Source of the DNA: Monocercomonoides exilis PA203
Lineage: Eukaryota > Protista > Preaxostyla
Assembly: GCA_001643675.2 (NCBI GenBank)
Contig: LSRY02000038.1
Span: 1-64,000 of the forward strand
Length of the DNA stretch: 64,000 nt
Direction of reading: 5' to 3'
Part shown: piece by piece, positions 1 to 11,939 of the stretch
Layout of the letters: each line of letters begins with the position of its first letter
Position numbering within the stretch: the first letter of the stretch is position 1
Notes under the pieces: generated by a model
Told to the model about the DNA's origin: nothing
The model's input: only the letters and a program-made list of their open reading frames with translations
Database searches by the model: none
Made by a program: the position numbers and the translations under genes

Positions 1-2958
1 CTAACCCTAACCCTAACCCTAACCCTAACCTAACCCTAAACCCTAACCCTAACCCCTAACCCTAACCCTAACCCTAACCCTAACCCTAACCCTAACCCTA
101 ACCCTAACCTAACCCTAACCCTAACCCTAACCCTAACCCTAACCCTAACCCTAACCCTAACCCTAACCTAACCTAACCCTAACCCTAACCCCTAACCCTA
201 ACCCTAACCTAACCCTAACCCTAACCCTAACCTAACCCTAACCCTAACCCTAACCTAACCCTAACCCTAACCCTAACCCTAACCCTAACCCTAACCTAAC
301 CCTAACCTAACCTAACCCTAACCCTAACCCTAACCCTAACCCTAACCCTAACCCTAACCCTAACCCTAACCTAACCTAACCTAACCCTAACCCTAACCCT
401 AACCCCTAACCTAACCCTAACCCTAACCCTAACCCTAACCCTAACCTAACCCTAACCTAACCCTAACCTAACCCTAACCCTAACCTAACCTAACCCTAAC
501 CCTAACCCTAACCCTAACCCTAACCCTAACCCTAACCCTAACCCTAACCTAACCCTAACCCTAACCTAACCTAACCTAACCCTAACCCTAACCCTAACCC
601 TAACCCTAACCCTAACCCTAACCTAACCTAACCCTAACCCTAACCCTAACCCTAACCCTAACCCTAACCCTAACCCTAACCCTAACCCTAACCCTAACCT
701 AACCCTAACCCTAACCCTAACCCTAACCCTAACCCTAACCCTAACCCTAACCCTAACCTAACCCTAACCCTAACCCTAACCTAACCTAACCCTAACCCTA
801 ACCCTAACCCTAACCTAACCTAACCCTAACCCTAACCCTAACCCTAACCCTAACCCTAACCCTAACCCTAACCCTAACCCTAACCCTAACCCTAACCCTA
901 ACCCTAACCCTAACCCTAACCCTAACCCTAACCCTAACCTAACCCTAACCCTAACCCTAACCCTAACCCTAACCCTAACCCTAACCCTAACCCTAACCCT
1001 AACCTAACCCTAACCTAACCCTAACCCTAACCCTAACCCTAACCCTAACCCTAACCCTAACCCTAACCCTAACCCTAACCCTAACCTAACCCTAACCCTA
1101 ACCCTAACCCTAACCTAACCCTAACCCTAACCCTAACCCTAACCCTAACCCTAACCCTAACCCTAACCCTAACCCTAACCTAACCCTAACCCTAACCCTA
1201 ACCCCTAACCCTAACCTAACCCTAACCCTAACCCTAACCCTAACCTAACCCTAACCCTAACCCTAACCCTAACCCTAACCCTAACCCTAACCCTAACCCT
1301 AACCCTAACCCTAACCCTAACCCTAACCCTAACCCTAACCCCTAACCCTAACCCTAACCCTAACCCCTAACCCTAACCCTAACCCTAACCCTAACCCTAA
1401 CCCTAACCCTAACCCTAACCCTAACCCTAACCCTAACCCTAACCCTAACCTAACCCTAACCCTAACCCTAACCCTAACCCTAACCCTAACCTAACCCTAA
1501 CCCTAACCCTAACCCTAACCCTAACCCTAACCTAACCCTAACCCTAACCCTAACCCTAACCCTAACCCTAACCCTAACCTAACCCTAACCCTAACCCTAA
1601 CCCTAACCCTAACCCTAACCCTAACCCTAACCCTAACCCTAACCTAACCCTAACCCTAACCCTAACCCTAACCCTAACCCTAACCCTAACCCTAACCCTA
1701 ACCCTAACCCTAACCTAACCTAACCCTAACCCTAACCCTAACCCTAACCCTAACCCTAACCCTAACCCTAACCCTAACCCTAACCCCTAACCCTAACCCT
1801 AACCCTAACCCTAACCCTAACCCTAACCTAACCCTAACCCTAACCCTAACCTAACCCTAACCTAACCCTAACCCTAACCCTAACCCTAACCCTAACCCTA
1901 ACCCTAACCCTAACCCTAACCCTAACCCTAACCCTAACCCTAACCCTAACCCTAACCCTAACCTAACCCTAACCCTAACCCTAACCCTAACCTAACCTAA
2001 CCCTAACCCTAACCTAACCCTAACCCTAACCTAACCTAACCCTAACCCTAACCCTAACCTAACCCTAACCCTAACCTAACCCTAACCCTAACCCTAACCC
2101 TAACCCTAACCCTAACCCTAACCCTAACCCTAACCCTAACCCTAACCCTAACCCTAACCCTAACCCTAACCCTAACCCTAACCCTAACCCTAACCCTAAC
2201 CCTAACCCTAACCTAACCCTAACCCTAACCCTAACCCTAACCCTAACCCTAACCCTAACCTAACCCTAACCCTAACCCTAACCCTAACCCTAACCCTAAC
2301 CCTAACCCTAACCCTAACCCTAACCCTAACCCTAACCCTAACCCTAACCCTAACCCTAACCCTAACCCTAACCCTAACCCTAACCCTAACCCTAACCCTA
2401 ACCCTAACCCTAACCCTAACCCTAACCCTAACCCTAACCCTAACCCTAACCCTAACCCTAACCCTAACCCTAACCCTAACCCTAACCCTAACCCTAACCC
2501 TAACCCTAACCCTAACCCTAACCCTAACCCTAACCCTAACCCTAACCCTAACCCTAACCCTAACCCTAACCCTAACCCTAACCCTAACCCTAACCCTAAC
2601 CCTAACCCTAACCTAACCCTAACCCTAACCCTAACCCTAACCCTAACCCTAACCCTAACCCTAACCCTAACCCTAACCCTAACCCTAACCCTAACCCTAA
2701 CCCTAACCCTAACCCTAACCCTAACCCTAACCCTAACCCTAACCCTAACCCTAACCCTAACCCTAACCCTAACCCTAACCCTAACCCTAACCCTAACCCT
2801 AACCCTAACCCTAACCCTAACCCTAACCCTAACCCTAACCCTAACCCTAACCCTAACCCTAACCCTAACCCTAACCCTAACCTAACCTAACCCTAACCCT
2901 AACCCTAACCCTAACCCTAACCCTAACCCTAACCCTAACCCTAACCTAACCCTAACCT
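1..2958 (+). repeat. Telomeric repeat array (CCCTAA)n = (TTAGGG)n on the minus strand; left chromosome end
   Basis: Continuous CCCTAA from base 1 to ~2958 with scattered CCTAA/CCCCTAA variants. The C-rich strand at the 5' end is as expected for a chromosome terminus. Confidence 0.98.
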
Positions 2959-5900
2959 AGTTTGGGAGGAAAGGGCAGAAAAGAGGGGGGTCAGTGGGAA
3001 AAAGGGGGGATTTTTTGAGAATACTGCGAACAGTATTTTCCCGAAAAATCTCCCCCGCCCACCAGACGTTCCCTCCCCGCGGCCCCTCCATTTTGCCCCG
3101 CTCGCTTTTTTCCCCGCCCTCACACCTAATTTTTGAAGGCGAAAATACAGGGTTTTTCCCGGTCAAAGGGGAAAAATGACCTGTATTTTTTTTGTGGGGG
3201 GCGGAGGAGGCGAGTGCGGGCAGAGCGGGTGGTGGATTTGGAGAGTGTGGGGGGGTGTGGTTGTTTGAGGGGGGAGAGGGCGGAAGTGTGGTTGGGGTGC
3301 TGAGGGAGGTGTTGGGAGGAAAGGGCAGAAAAGAGGGGGTCAGTGGGAAAAAGGGGGATTTTTGAGAATACTGCGAACAGTATTTTCCCGAAAAATCTCC
3401 CCCGCCCACTCAGACGTTCCCTCCCCGCGGCCCCCTCCATTTTGCCCCGCTCGCTTTTTTTCCCCGCCCTCACACCTAATTTTTGAAGGCGAAAATACAG
3501 GGTTTTTCCCGGTCAAAGGGGAAAAATGACCTGTATTTTTTTGTGGGGGCGGAGGAGGCGAGTGCGGGCAGAGCGGGTGGTGGATTTGGAGAGTGTGGGG
3601 GGTGTGGTTGTTTGAGGGGGAGAGGGCGGAAGTGTGGTTGGGGTGCTGAGGGAGGTGTTGGGAGGAAAGGGCAGAAAAGAGGGGGGTCAGTGGGAAAAAG
3701 GGGGATTTTTGAGAATACTGCGAACAGTATTTTCCCGAAAAATCTCCCCGCCCACTAGACGTTCCCTCCCCGCGGCCCCTCCATTTTGCCCCGCTCGCTT
3801 TTTTCCCCGCCCTCACACCTAATTTTTGAAGGCGAAAATACAGGGTTTTTCCCGGTCAAAGGGGAAAAATGACCTGTATTTTTTTTGTGGGGGGCGGAGG
3901 AGGCGAGTGCGGGCAGAGCGGGTGGTGGATTTGGAGAGTGTGGGGGGTGTGGTTGTTTGAGGGGGAGAGGGCGGAAGTGTGGTTGGGGTGCTGAGGAGGT
4001 GTTGGGAGGAAAGGGCAGAAAAGAGGGGGGTCAGTGGGAAAAAGGGGGATTTTTGAGAATACTGCGAACAGTATTTTCCCGAAAAATCTCCCCCGCCCAC
4101 TAGACGTTCCCTCCCCGCGGCCCCCTCCATTTTGCCCCGCTCGCTTTTTTTCCCCGCCCTCACACCTAATTTTTGAAGGCGAAAATACAGGGTTTTTCCC
4201 GGTCAAAGGGGAAAAATGACCTGTATTTTTTTTGTGGGGGGCGGAGGAGGCGAGTGCGGGCAGAGCGGGTGGTGGATTTGGAGAGTGTGGGGGGGTGTGG
4301 TTGTTTGAGGGGGGAGAGGGCGGAAGTGTGGTTGGGGTGCTGAGGGAGGTGTTGGGAGGAAAGGGCAGAAAAGAGGGGGGTCAGTGGGAAAAAGGGGGGA
4401 TTTTTTGAGAATACTGCGAACAGTATTTTCCCGAAAAATCTCCCCCGCCCACTAGACGTTCCCTCCCCGCGGCCCCCTCCATTTTGCCCCGCTCGCTTTT
4501 TTTCCCCGCCCTCACACCTAATTTTTGAAGGCGAAAATACAGGGTTTTTCCCGGTCAAAGGGGAAAAATGACCTGTATTTTTTTTGTGGGGGGCGGAGGA
4601 GGCGAGTGCGGGCAGAGCGGGTGGTGGATTTGGAGAGTGTGGGGGGGTGTGGTTGTTTGAGGGGGAGAGGGCGGAAGTGTGGTTGGGGTGCTGAGGGAGG
4701 TGTTGGGAGGAAAGGGCAGAAAAGAGGGGGTCAGTGGGAAAAAGGGGGATTTTTGAGAATACTGCGAACAGTATTTTCCCGAAAAATCTCCCCCGCCCAC
4801 TAGACGTTCCCTCCCCGCGGCCCCTCCATTTTGCCCCGCTCGCTTTTTTCCCCGCCCTCACACCTAATTTTTGAAGGCGAAAATACAGGGTTTTTCCCGG
4901 TCAAAGGGGAAAAATGACCTGTATTTTTTTTGTGGGGGGCGGAGGAGGCGAGTGCGGGCAGAGCGGGTGGTGGATTTGGAGAGTGTGGGGGGGTGTGGTT
5001 GTTTGAGGGGGGAGAGGGCGGAAGTGTGGTTGGGGTGCTGAGGGAGGTGTTGGGAGGAAAGGGCAGAAAAGAGGGGGGTCAGTGGGAAAAAGGGGGGATT
5101 TTTTGAGAATACTGCGAACAGTATTTTCCCGAAAAATCTCCCCCGCCCACCAGACGTTCCCTCCCCGCGGCCCCTCCATTTTGCCCCGCTCGCTTTTTTT
5201 CCCCGCCCTCACACCTAATTTTTGAAGGCGAAAATACAGGGTTTTTCCCGGTCAAAGGGAAAAATGACCTGTATTTTTTTTGTGGGGGGCGGAGGAGGCG
5301 AGTGCGGGCAGAGCGGGTGGTGGATTTGGAGAGTGTGGGGGGTGTGGTTGTTTGAGGGGGAGAGGGCGGAAGTGTGGTTGGGGTGCTGAGGGAGGTGTTG
5401 GGAGGAAAGGGCAGAAAAGAGGGGGTCAGTGGGAAAAAGGGGGATTTTTGAGAATACTGCGAACAGTATTTTCCCGAAAAATCTCCCCCGCCCACTAGAC
5501 GTTCCCTCCCCGCGGCCCCTCCATTTTGCCCCGCTCGCTTTTTTTCCCCGCCCTCACACCTAATTTTTGAAGGCGAAAATACAGGGTTTTTCCCGGTCAA
5601 AGGGGAAAAATGACCTGTATTTTTTTGTGGGGGCGGAGGAGGCGAGTGCGGGCAGAGCGGGTGGTGGATTTGGAGAGTGTGGGGGTGTGGTTGTTTGAGG
5701 GGGGAGAGGGCGGAAGTGTGGTTGGGGTGCTGAGGGAGGTGTTGGGAGGAAAGGGCAGAAAAGAGGGGGGTCAGTGGGAAAAAGGGGGGATTTTTTGAGA
5801 ATACTGCGAACAGTATTTTCCCGAAAAATCTCCCCCGCCCACCAGACGTTCCCTCCCCGCGGCCCCTCCATTTTGCCCCGCTCGCTTTTTTCCCCGCCCT

Positions 5901-8900
5901 CACACCTAATTTTTGAAGGCGAAAATACAGGGTTTTTCCCGGTCAAAGGGGAAAAATGACCTGTATTTTTTTGTGGGGGCGGAGGAGGCGAGTGCGGGCA
6001 GAGCGGGTGGTGGATTTGGAGAGTGTGGGGGTGTGGTTGTTTGAGGGGGAGAGGGCGGAAGTGTGGTTGGGGTGCTGAGGGAGGTGTTGGGAGGAAAGGG
6101 CAGAAAAGAGGGGGTCAGTGGGAAAAAGGGGGATTTTTGAGAATACTGCGAACAGTATTTTCCGAAAAATCTCCCCCGCCCACTCAGACGTTCCCTCCCC
6201 GCGGCCCCTCCATTTTGCCCCGCTCGCTTTTTTTCCCCGCCCTCACACCTAATTTTTGAAGGCGAAAATACAGGGTTTTTCCCGGTCAAAGGGGAAAAAT
6301 GACCTGTATTTTTTTTTGTGGGGGGCGGAGGAGGCGAGTGCGGGCAGAGCGGGTGGTGGATTTGGAGAGTGTGGGGGGTGTGGTTGTTTGAGGGGGAGAG
6401 GGCGGAAGTGTGGTTGGGGTGCTGAGGGAGGTGTTGGGAGGAAAGGGCAGAAAAGAGGGGGGTCAGTGGGAAAAAGGGGGATTTTTGAGAATACTGCGAA
6501 CAGTATTTTCCCGAAAAATCTCCCCCGCCCACCAGACGTTCCCTCCCCGCGGCCCCCTCCATTTTGCCCCGCTCGCTTTTTTTCCCCGCCCTCACACCTA
6601 ATTTTTGAAGGCGAAAATACAGGGTTTTTCCCGGTCAAAGGGGAAAAATGACCTGTATTTTTTTTGTGGGGGGCGGAGGAGGCGAGTGCGGGCAGAGCGG
6701 GTGGTGGATTTGGAGAGTGTGGGGGGTGTGGTTGTTTGAGGGGGAGAGGGCGGAAGTGTGGTTGGGGTGCTGAGGGAGGTGTTGGGAGGAAAGGGCAGAA
6801 AAGAGGGGGGTCAGTGGGAAAAAGGGGGGATTTTTTGAGAATACTGCGAACAGTATTTTCCCGAAAAATCTCCCCGCCCACTAGACGTTCCCTCCCCGCG
6901 GCCCCCTCCATTTTGCCCCGCTCGCTTTTTTTCCCCGCCCTCACACCTAATTTTTGAAGGCGAAAATACAGGGTTTTTCCCGGTCAAAGGGGAAAAATGA
7001 CCTGTATTTTTTTGTGGGGGCGGAGGAGGCGAGTGCGGGCAGAGCGGGTGGTGGATTTGGAGAGTGTGGGGGGTGTGGTTGTTTGAGGGGGAGAGGGCGG
7101 AAGTGTGGTTGGGGTGCTGAGGGAGGTGTTGGGAGGAAAGGGCAGAAAAGAGGGGGGTCAGTGGGAAAAAGGGGGGATTTTTTGAGAATACTGCGAACAG
7201 TATTTTCCCGAAAAATCTCCCCCGCCCACCAGACGTTCCCTCCCCGCGGCCCCTCCATTTTGCCCCGCTCGCTTTTTTTCCCCGCCCTCACACCTAATTT
7301 TTGAAGGCGAAAATACAGGGTTTTTCCCGGTCAAAGGGAAAAATGACCTGTATTTTTTTTGTGGGGGGCGGAGGAGGCGAGTGCGGGCAGAGCGGGTGGT
7401 GGATTTGGAGAGTGTGGGGGGTGTGGTTGTTTGAGGGGGAGAGGGCGGAAGTGTGGTTGGGGTGCTGAGGGAGGTGTTGGGAGGAAAGGGCAGAAAAGAG
7501 GGGGTCAGTGGGAAAAAGGGGGGATTTTTTGAGAATACTGCGAACAGTATTTTCCCGAAAAATCTCCCCCGCCCACCAGACGTTCCCTCCCCGCGGCCCC
7601 TCCATTTTGCCCCGCTCGCTTTTTTCCCCGCCCTCACACCTAATTTTTGAAGGCGAAAATACAGGGTTTTTCCCGGTCAAAGGGGAAAAATGACCTGTAT
7701 TTTTTTTGTGGGGGGCGGAGGAGGCGAGTGCGGGCAGAGCGGGTGGTGGATTTGGAGAGTGTGGGGGGTGTGGTTGTTTGAGGGGGAGAGGGCGGAAGTG
7801 TGGTTGGGGTGCTGAGGGAGGTGTTGGGAGGAAAGGGCAGAAAAGAGGGGGTCAGTGGGAAAAAGGGGGATTTTTTGAGAATACTGCGAACAGTATTTTC
7901 CCGAAAAATCTCCCCCGCCCACTAGACGTTCCCTCCCCGCGGCCCCTCCATTTTGCCCCGCTCGCTTTTTTTCCCCGCCCTCACACCTAATTTTTGAAGG
8001 CGAAAATACAGGGTTTTTCCCGGTCAAAGGGGAAAAATGACCTGTATTTTTTTGTGGGGGCGGAGGAGGCGAGTGCGGGCAGAGCGGGTGGTGGATTTGG
8101 AGAGTGTGGGGGTGTGGTTGTTTGAGGGGGAGAGGGCGGAAGTGTGGTTGGGGTGCTGAGGGAGGTGTTGGGAGGAAAGGGCAGAAAAGAGGGGGTCAGT
8201 GGGAAAAAGGGGGATTTTTGAGAATACTGCGAACAGTATTTTCCCGAAAAATCTCCCCCGCCCACCAGACGTTCCCTCCCCGCGGCCCCTCCATTTTGCC
8301 CCGCTCGCTTTTTTTTCCCCGCCCTCACACCTAATTTTTGAAGGCGAAAATACAGGGTTTTTCCCGGTCAAAGGGGAAAAATGACCTGTATTTTTTTTGT
8401 GGGGGGCGGAGGAGGCGAGTGCGGGCAGAGCGGGTGGTGGATTTGGAGAGTGTGGGGGGTGTGGTTGTTTGAGGGGGAGAGGGCGGAAGTGTGGTTGGGG
8501 TGCTGAGGGAGGTGTTGGGAGGAAAGGGCAGAAAAGAGGGGGTCAGTGGGAAAAAGGGGGATTTTTTGAGAATACTGCGAACAGTATTTTCCCGAAAAAT
8601 CTCCCCCGCCCACTAGACGTTCCCTCCCCGCGGCCCCTCCATTTTGCCCCGCTCGCTTTTTTTTCCCCGCCCTCACACCTAATTTTTGAAGGCGAAAATA
8701 CAGGGTTTTTCCCGGTCAAAGGGGAAAAATGACCTGTATTTTTTTGTGGGGGCGGAGGAGGCGAGTGCGGGCAGAGCGGGTGGTGGATTTGGAGAGTGTG
8801 GGGGGTGTGGTTGTTTGAGGGGGAGAGGGCGGAAGTGTGGTTGGGGTGCTGAGGGAGGTGTTGGGAGGAAAGGGCAGAAAAGAGGGGGTCAGTGGGAAAA

Positions 8901-11816
8901 AGGGGGATTTTTTGAGAATACTGCGAACAGTATTTTCCCGAAAAATCTCCCCCGCCCACTAGACGTTCCCTCCCCGCGGCCCCCTCCATTTTGCCCCGCT
9001 CGCTTTTTTTCCCCGCCCTCACACCTAATTTTTGAAGGCGAAAATACAGGGTTTTTCCCGGTCAAAGGGGAAAAATGACCTGTATTTTTTTGTGGGGGCG
9101 GAGGAGGCGAGTGCGGGCAGAGCGGGTGGTGGATTTGGAGAGTGTGGGGGTGTGGTTGTTTGAGGGGGAGAGGGCGGAAGTGTGGTTGGGGTGCTGAGGG
9201 AGGTGTTGGGAGGAAAGGGCAGAAAAGAGGGGGTCAGTGGGAAAAAGGGGGATTTTTGAGAATACTGCGAACAGTATTTTCCCGAAAAATCTCCCCCGCC
9301 CACTCAGACGTTCCCTCCCCGCGGCCCCTCCATTTTGCCCCGCTCGCTTTTTTTCCCCGCCCTCACACCTAATTTTTGAAGGCGAAAATACAGGGTTTTT
9401 CCCGGTCAAAGGGGAAAAATGACCTGTATTTTTTTTTGTGGGGGGCGGAGGAGGCGAGTGCGGGCAGAGCGGGTGGTGGATTTGGAGAGTGTGGGGGTGT
9501 GGTTGTTTGAGGGGGAGAGGGCGGAAGTGTGGTTGGGGTGCTGAGGGAGGTGTTGGGAGGAAAGGGCAGAAAAGAGGGGGTCAGTGGGAAAAAGGGGGAT
9601 TTTTTGAGAATACTGCGAACAGTATTTTCCCGAAAAATCTCCCCCGCCCACCAGACGTTCCCTCCCCGCGGCCCCTCCATTTTGCCCCGCTCGCTTTTTT
9701 CCCCGCCCTCACACCTAATTTTTGAAGGCGAAAATACAGGGTTTTTCCCGGTCAAAGGGGAAAAATGACCTGTATTTTTTTTGTGGGGGGCGGAGGAGGC
9801 GAGTGCGGGCAGAGCGGGTGGTGGATTTGGAGAGTGTGGGGGGGTGTGGTTGTTTGAGGGGGGAGAGGGCGGAAGTGTGGTTGGGGTGCTGAGGGAGGTG
9901 TTGGGAGGAAAGGGCAGAAAAGAGGGGGGTCAGTGGGAAAAAGGGGGATTTTTTGAGAATACTGCGAACAGTATTTTCCCGAAAAATCTCCCCCGCCCAC
10001 TAGACGTTCCCTCCCCGCGGCCCCCTCCATTTTGCCCCGCTCGCTTTTTTTTCCCCGCCCTCACACCTAATTTTTGAAGGCGAAAATACAGGGTTTTTCC
10101 CGGTCAAAGGGGAAAAATGACCTGTATTTTTTTTGTGGGGGGCGGAGGAGGCGAGTGCGGGCAGAGCGGGTGGTGGATTTGGAGAGTGTGGGGGTGTGGT
10201 TGTTTGAGGGGGAGAGGGCGGAAGTGTGGTTGGGGTGCTGAGGGAGGTGTTGGGAGGAAAGGGCAGAAAAGAGGGGGTCAGTGGGAAAAAGGGGGATTTT
10301 TTGAGAATACTGCGAACAGTATTTTCCCGAAAAATCTCCCCCGCCCACCAGACGTTCCCTCCCCGCGGCCCCTCCATTTTGCCCCGCTCGCTTTTTTTCC
10401 CCGCCCTCACACCTAATTTTTGAAGGCGAAAATACAGGGTTTTTCCCGGTCAAAGGGGAAAAATGACCTGTATTTTTTTGTGGGGGCGGAGGAGGCGAGT
10501 GCGGGCAGAGCGGGTGGTGGATTTGGAGAGTGTGGGGGGTGTGGTTGTTTGAGGGGGAGAGGGCGGAAGTGTGGTTGGGGTGCTGAGGGAGGTGTTGGGA
10601 GGAAAGGGCAGAAAAGAGGGGGGTCAGTGGGAAAAAGGGGGGATTTTTTGAGAATACTGCGAACAGTATTTTCCCGAAAAATCTCCCCCGCCCACCAGAC
10701 GTTCCCTCCCCGCGGCCCCTCCATTTTGCCCCGCTCGCTTTTTTCCCCGCCCTCACACCTAATTTTTGAAGGCGAAAATACAGGGTTTTTCCCGGTCAAA
10801 GGGGAAAAATGACCTGTATTTTTTTTTGTGGGGGGCGGAGGAGGCGAGTGCGGGCAGAGCGGGTGGTGGATTTGGAGAGTGTGGGGGGTGTGGTTGTTTG
10901 AGGGGGAGAGGGCGGAAGTGTGGTTGGGGTGCTGAGGGAGGTGTTGGGAGGAAAGGGCAGAAAAGAGGGGGTCAGTGGGAAAAAGGGGGATTTTTGAGAA
11001 TACTGCGAACAGTATTTTCCCGAAAAATCTCCCCCGCCCACTAGACGTTCCCTCCCCGCGGCTCCCTCCATTTTGCCCCGCTCGCTTTTTTTCCCCGCCC
11101 TCACACCTAATTTTTGAAGGCGAAAATACAGGGTTTTTCCCGGTCAAAGGGGAAAAATGACCTGTATTTTTTTGTGGGGGCGGAGGAGGCGAGTGCGGGC
11201 AGAGCGGGTGGTGGATTTGGAGAGTGTGGGGGGGTGTGGTTGTTTGAGGGGGGAGAGGGCGGAAGTGTGGTTGGGGTGCTGAGGGAGGTGTTGGGAGGAA
11301 AGGGCAGAAAAGAGGGGGGTCAGTGGGAAAAAGGGGGGATTTTTTGAGAATACTGCGAACAGTATTTTCCCGAAAAATCTCCCCCGCCCACCAGACGTTC
11401 CCTCCCCGCGGCCCCTCCATTTTGCCCCGCTCGCTTTTTTCCCCGCCCTCACACCTAATTTTTGAAGGCGAAAATACAGGGTTTTTCCCGGTCAAAGGGG
11501 AAAAATGACCTGTATTTTTTTTGTGGGGGGCGGAGGAGGCGAGTGCGGGCAGAGCGGGTGGTGGATTTGGAGAGTGTGGGGGGGTGTGGTTGTTTGAGGG
11601 GGGAGAGGGCGGAAGTGTGGTTGGGGTGCTGAGGGAGGTGTTGGGAGGAAAGGGCAGAAAAGAGGGGGGTCAGTGGGAAAAAGGGGGGATTTTTTGAGAA
11701 TACTGCGAACAGTATTTTCCCGAAAAATCTCCCCCGCCCACCAGACGTTCCCTCCCCGCGGCCCCTCCATTTTGCCCCGCTCGCTTTTTTCCCCGCCCTC
11801 ACACCTAATTTTTGAA
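2959..11816. repeat. Subtelomeric GC-rich tandem satellite, ~347-bp unit, ~25.5 copies
   Basis: The landmark CTCACACCTAATTTTTGAA recurs 26 times at ~344-352 bp spacing (~3119 to ~11798). Units differ mainly in homopolymer lengths and at one CCAC[C/T/TC]AGAC site. Confidence 0.97.
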
Positions 11817-11939
11817 ACGCGCTTTTATCGAGCGTTTCAAAAATTTTTCGTGTTCGGGGCGGAAAAAAGCTTCGCATTGTTCTTTAAGGGAGTCATATTT
11901 ATTGTCCTATATAATTAATTCGTTATTAATTTTTCACTG

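Noticed and set aside
1-2270. CCTAA/CCCCTAA variants as a mixed telomerase product
   Set aside because: They are C-run length changes that increase towards the contig end, as expected for read error. Raw data would be needed to resolve this.
2959-11816. CRISPR array or tandem rRNA/tRNA genes
   Set aside because: There are no unique spacers (whole units repeat), the context is eukaryotic, and I recognised no 5S or tRNA motifs.
2941-11918. Dozens of ORFs (60-360 aa) in the satellite
   Set aside because: They are products of a GC-rich repeat. Frames shift with homopolymer length in every unit and no domain is recognisable.
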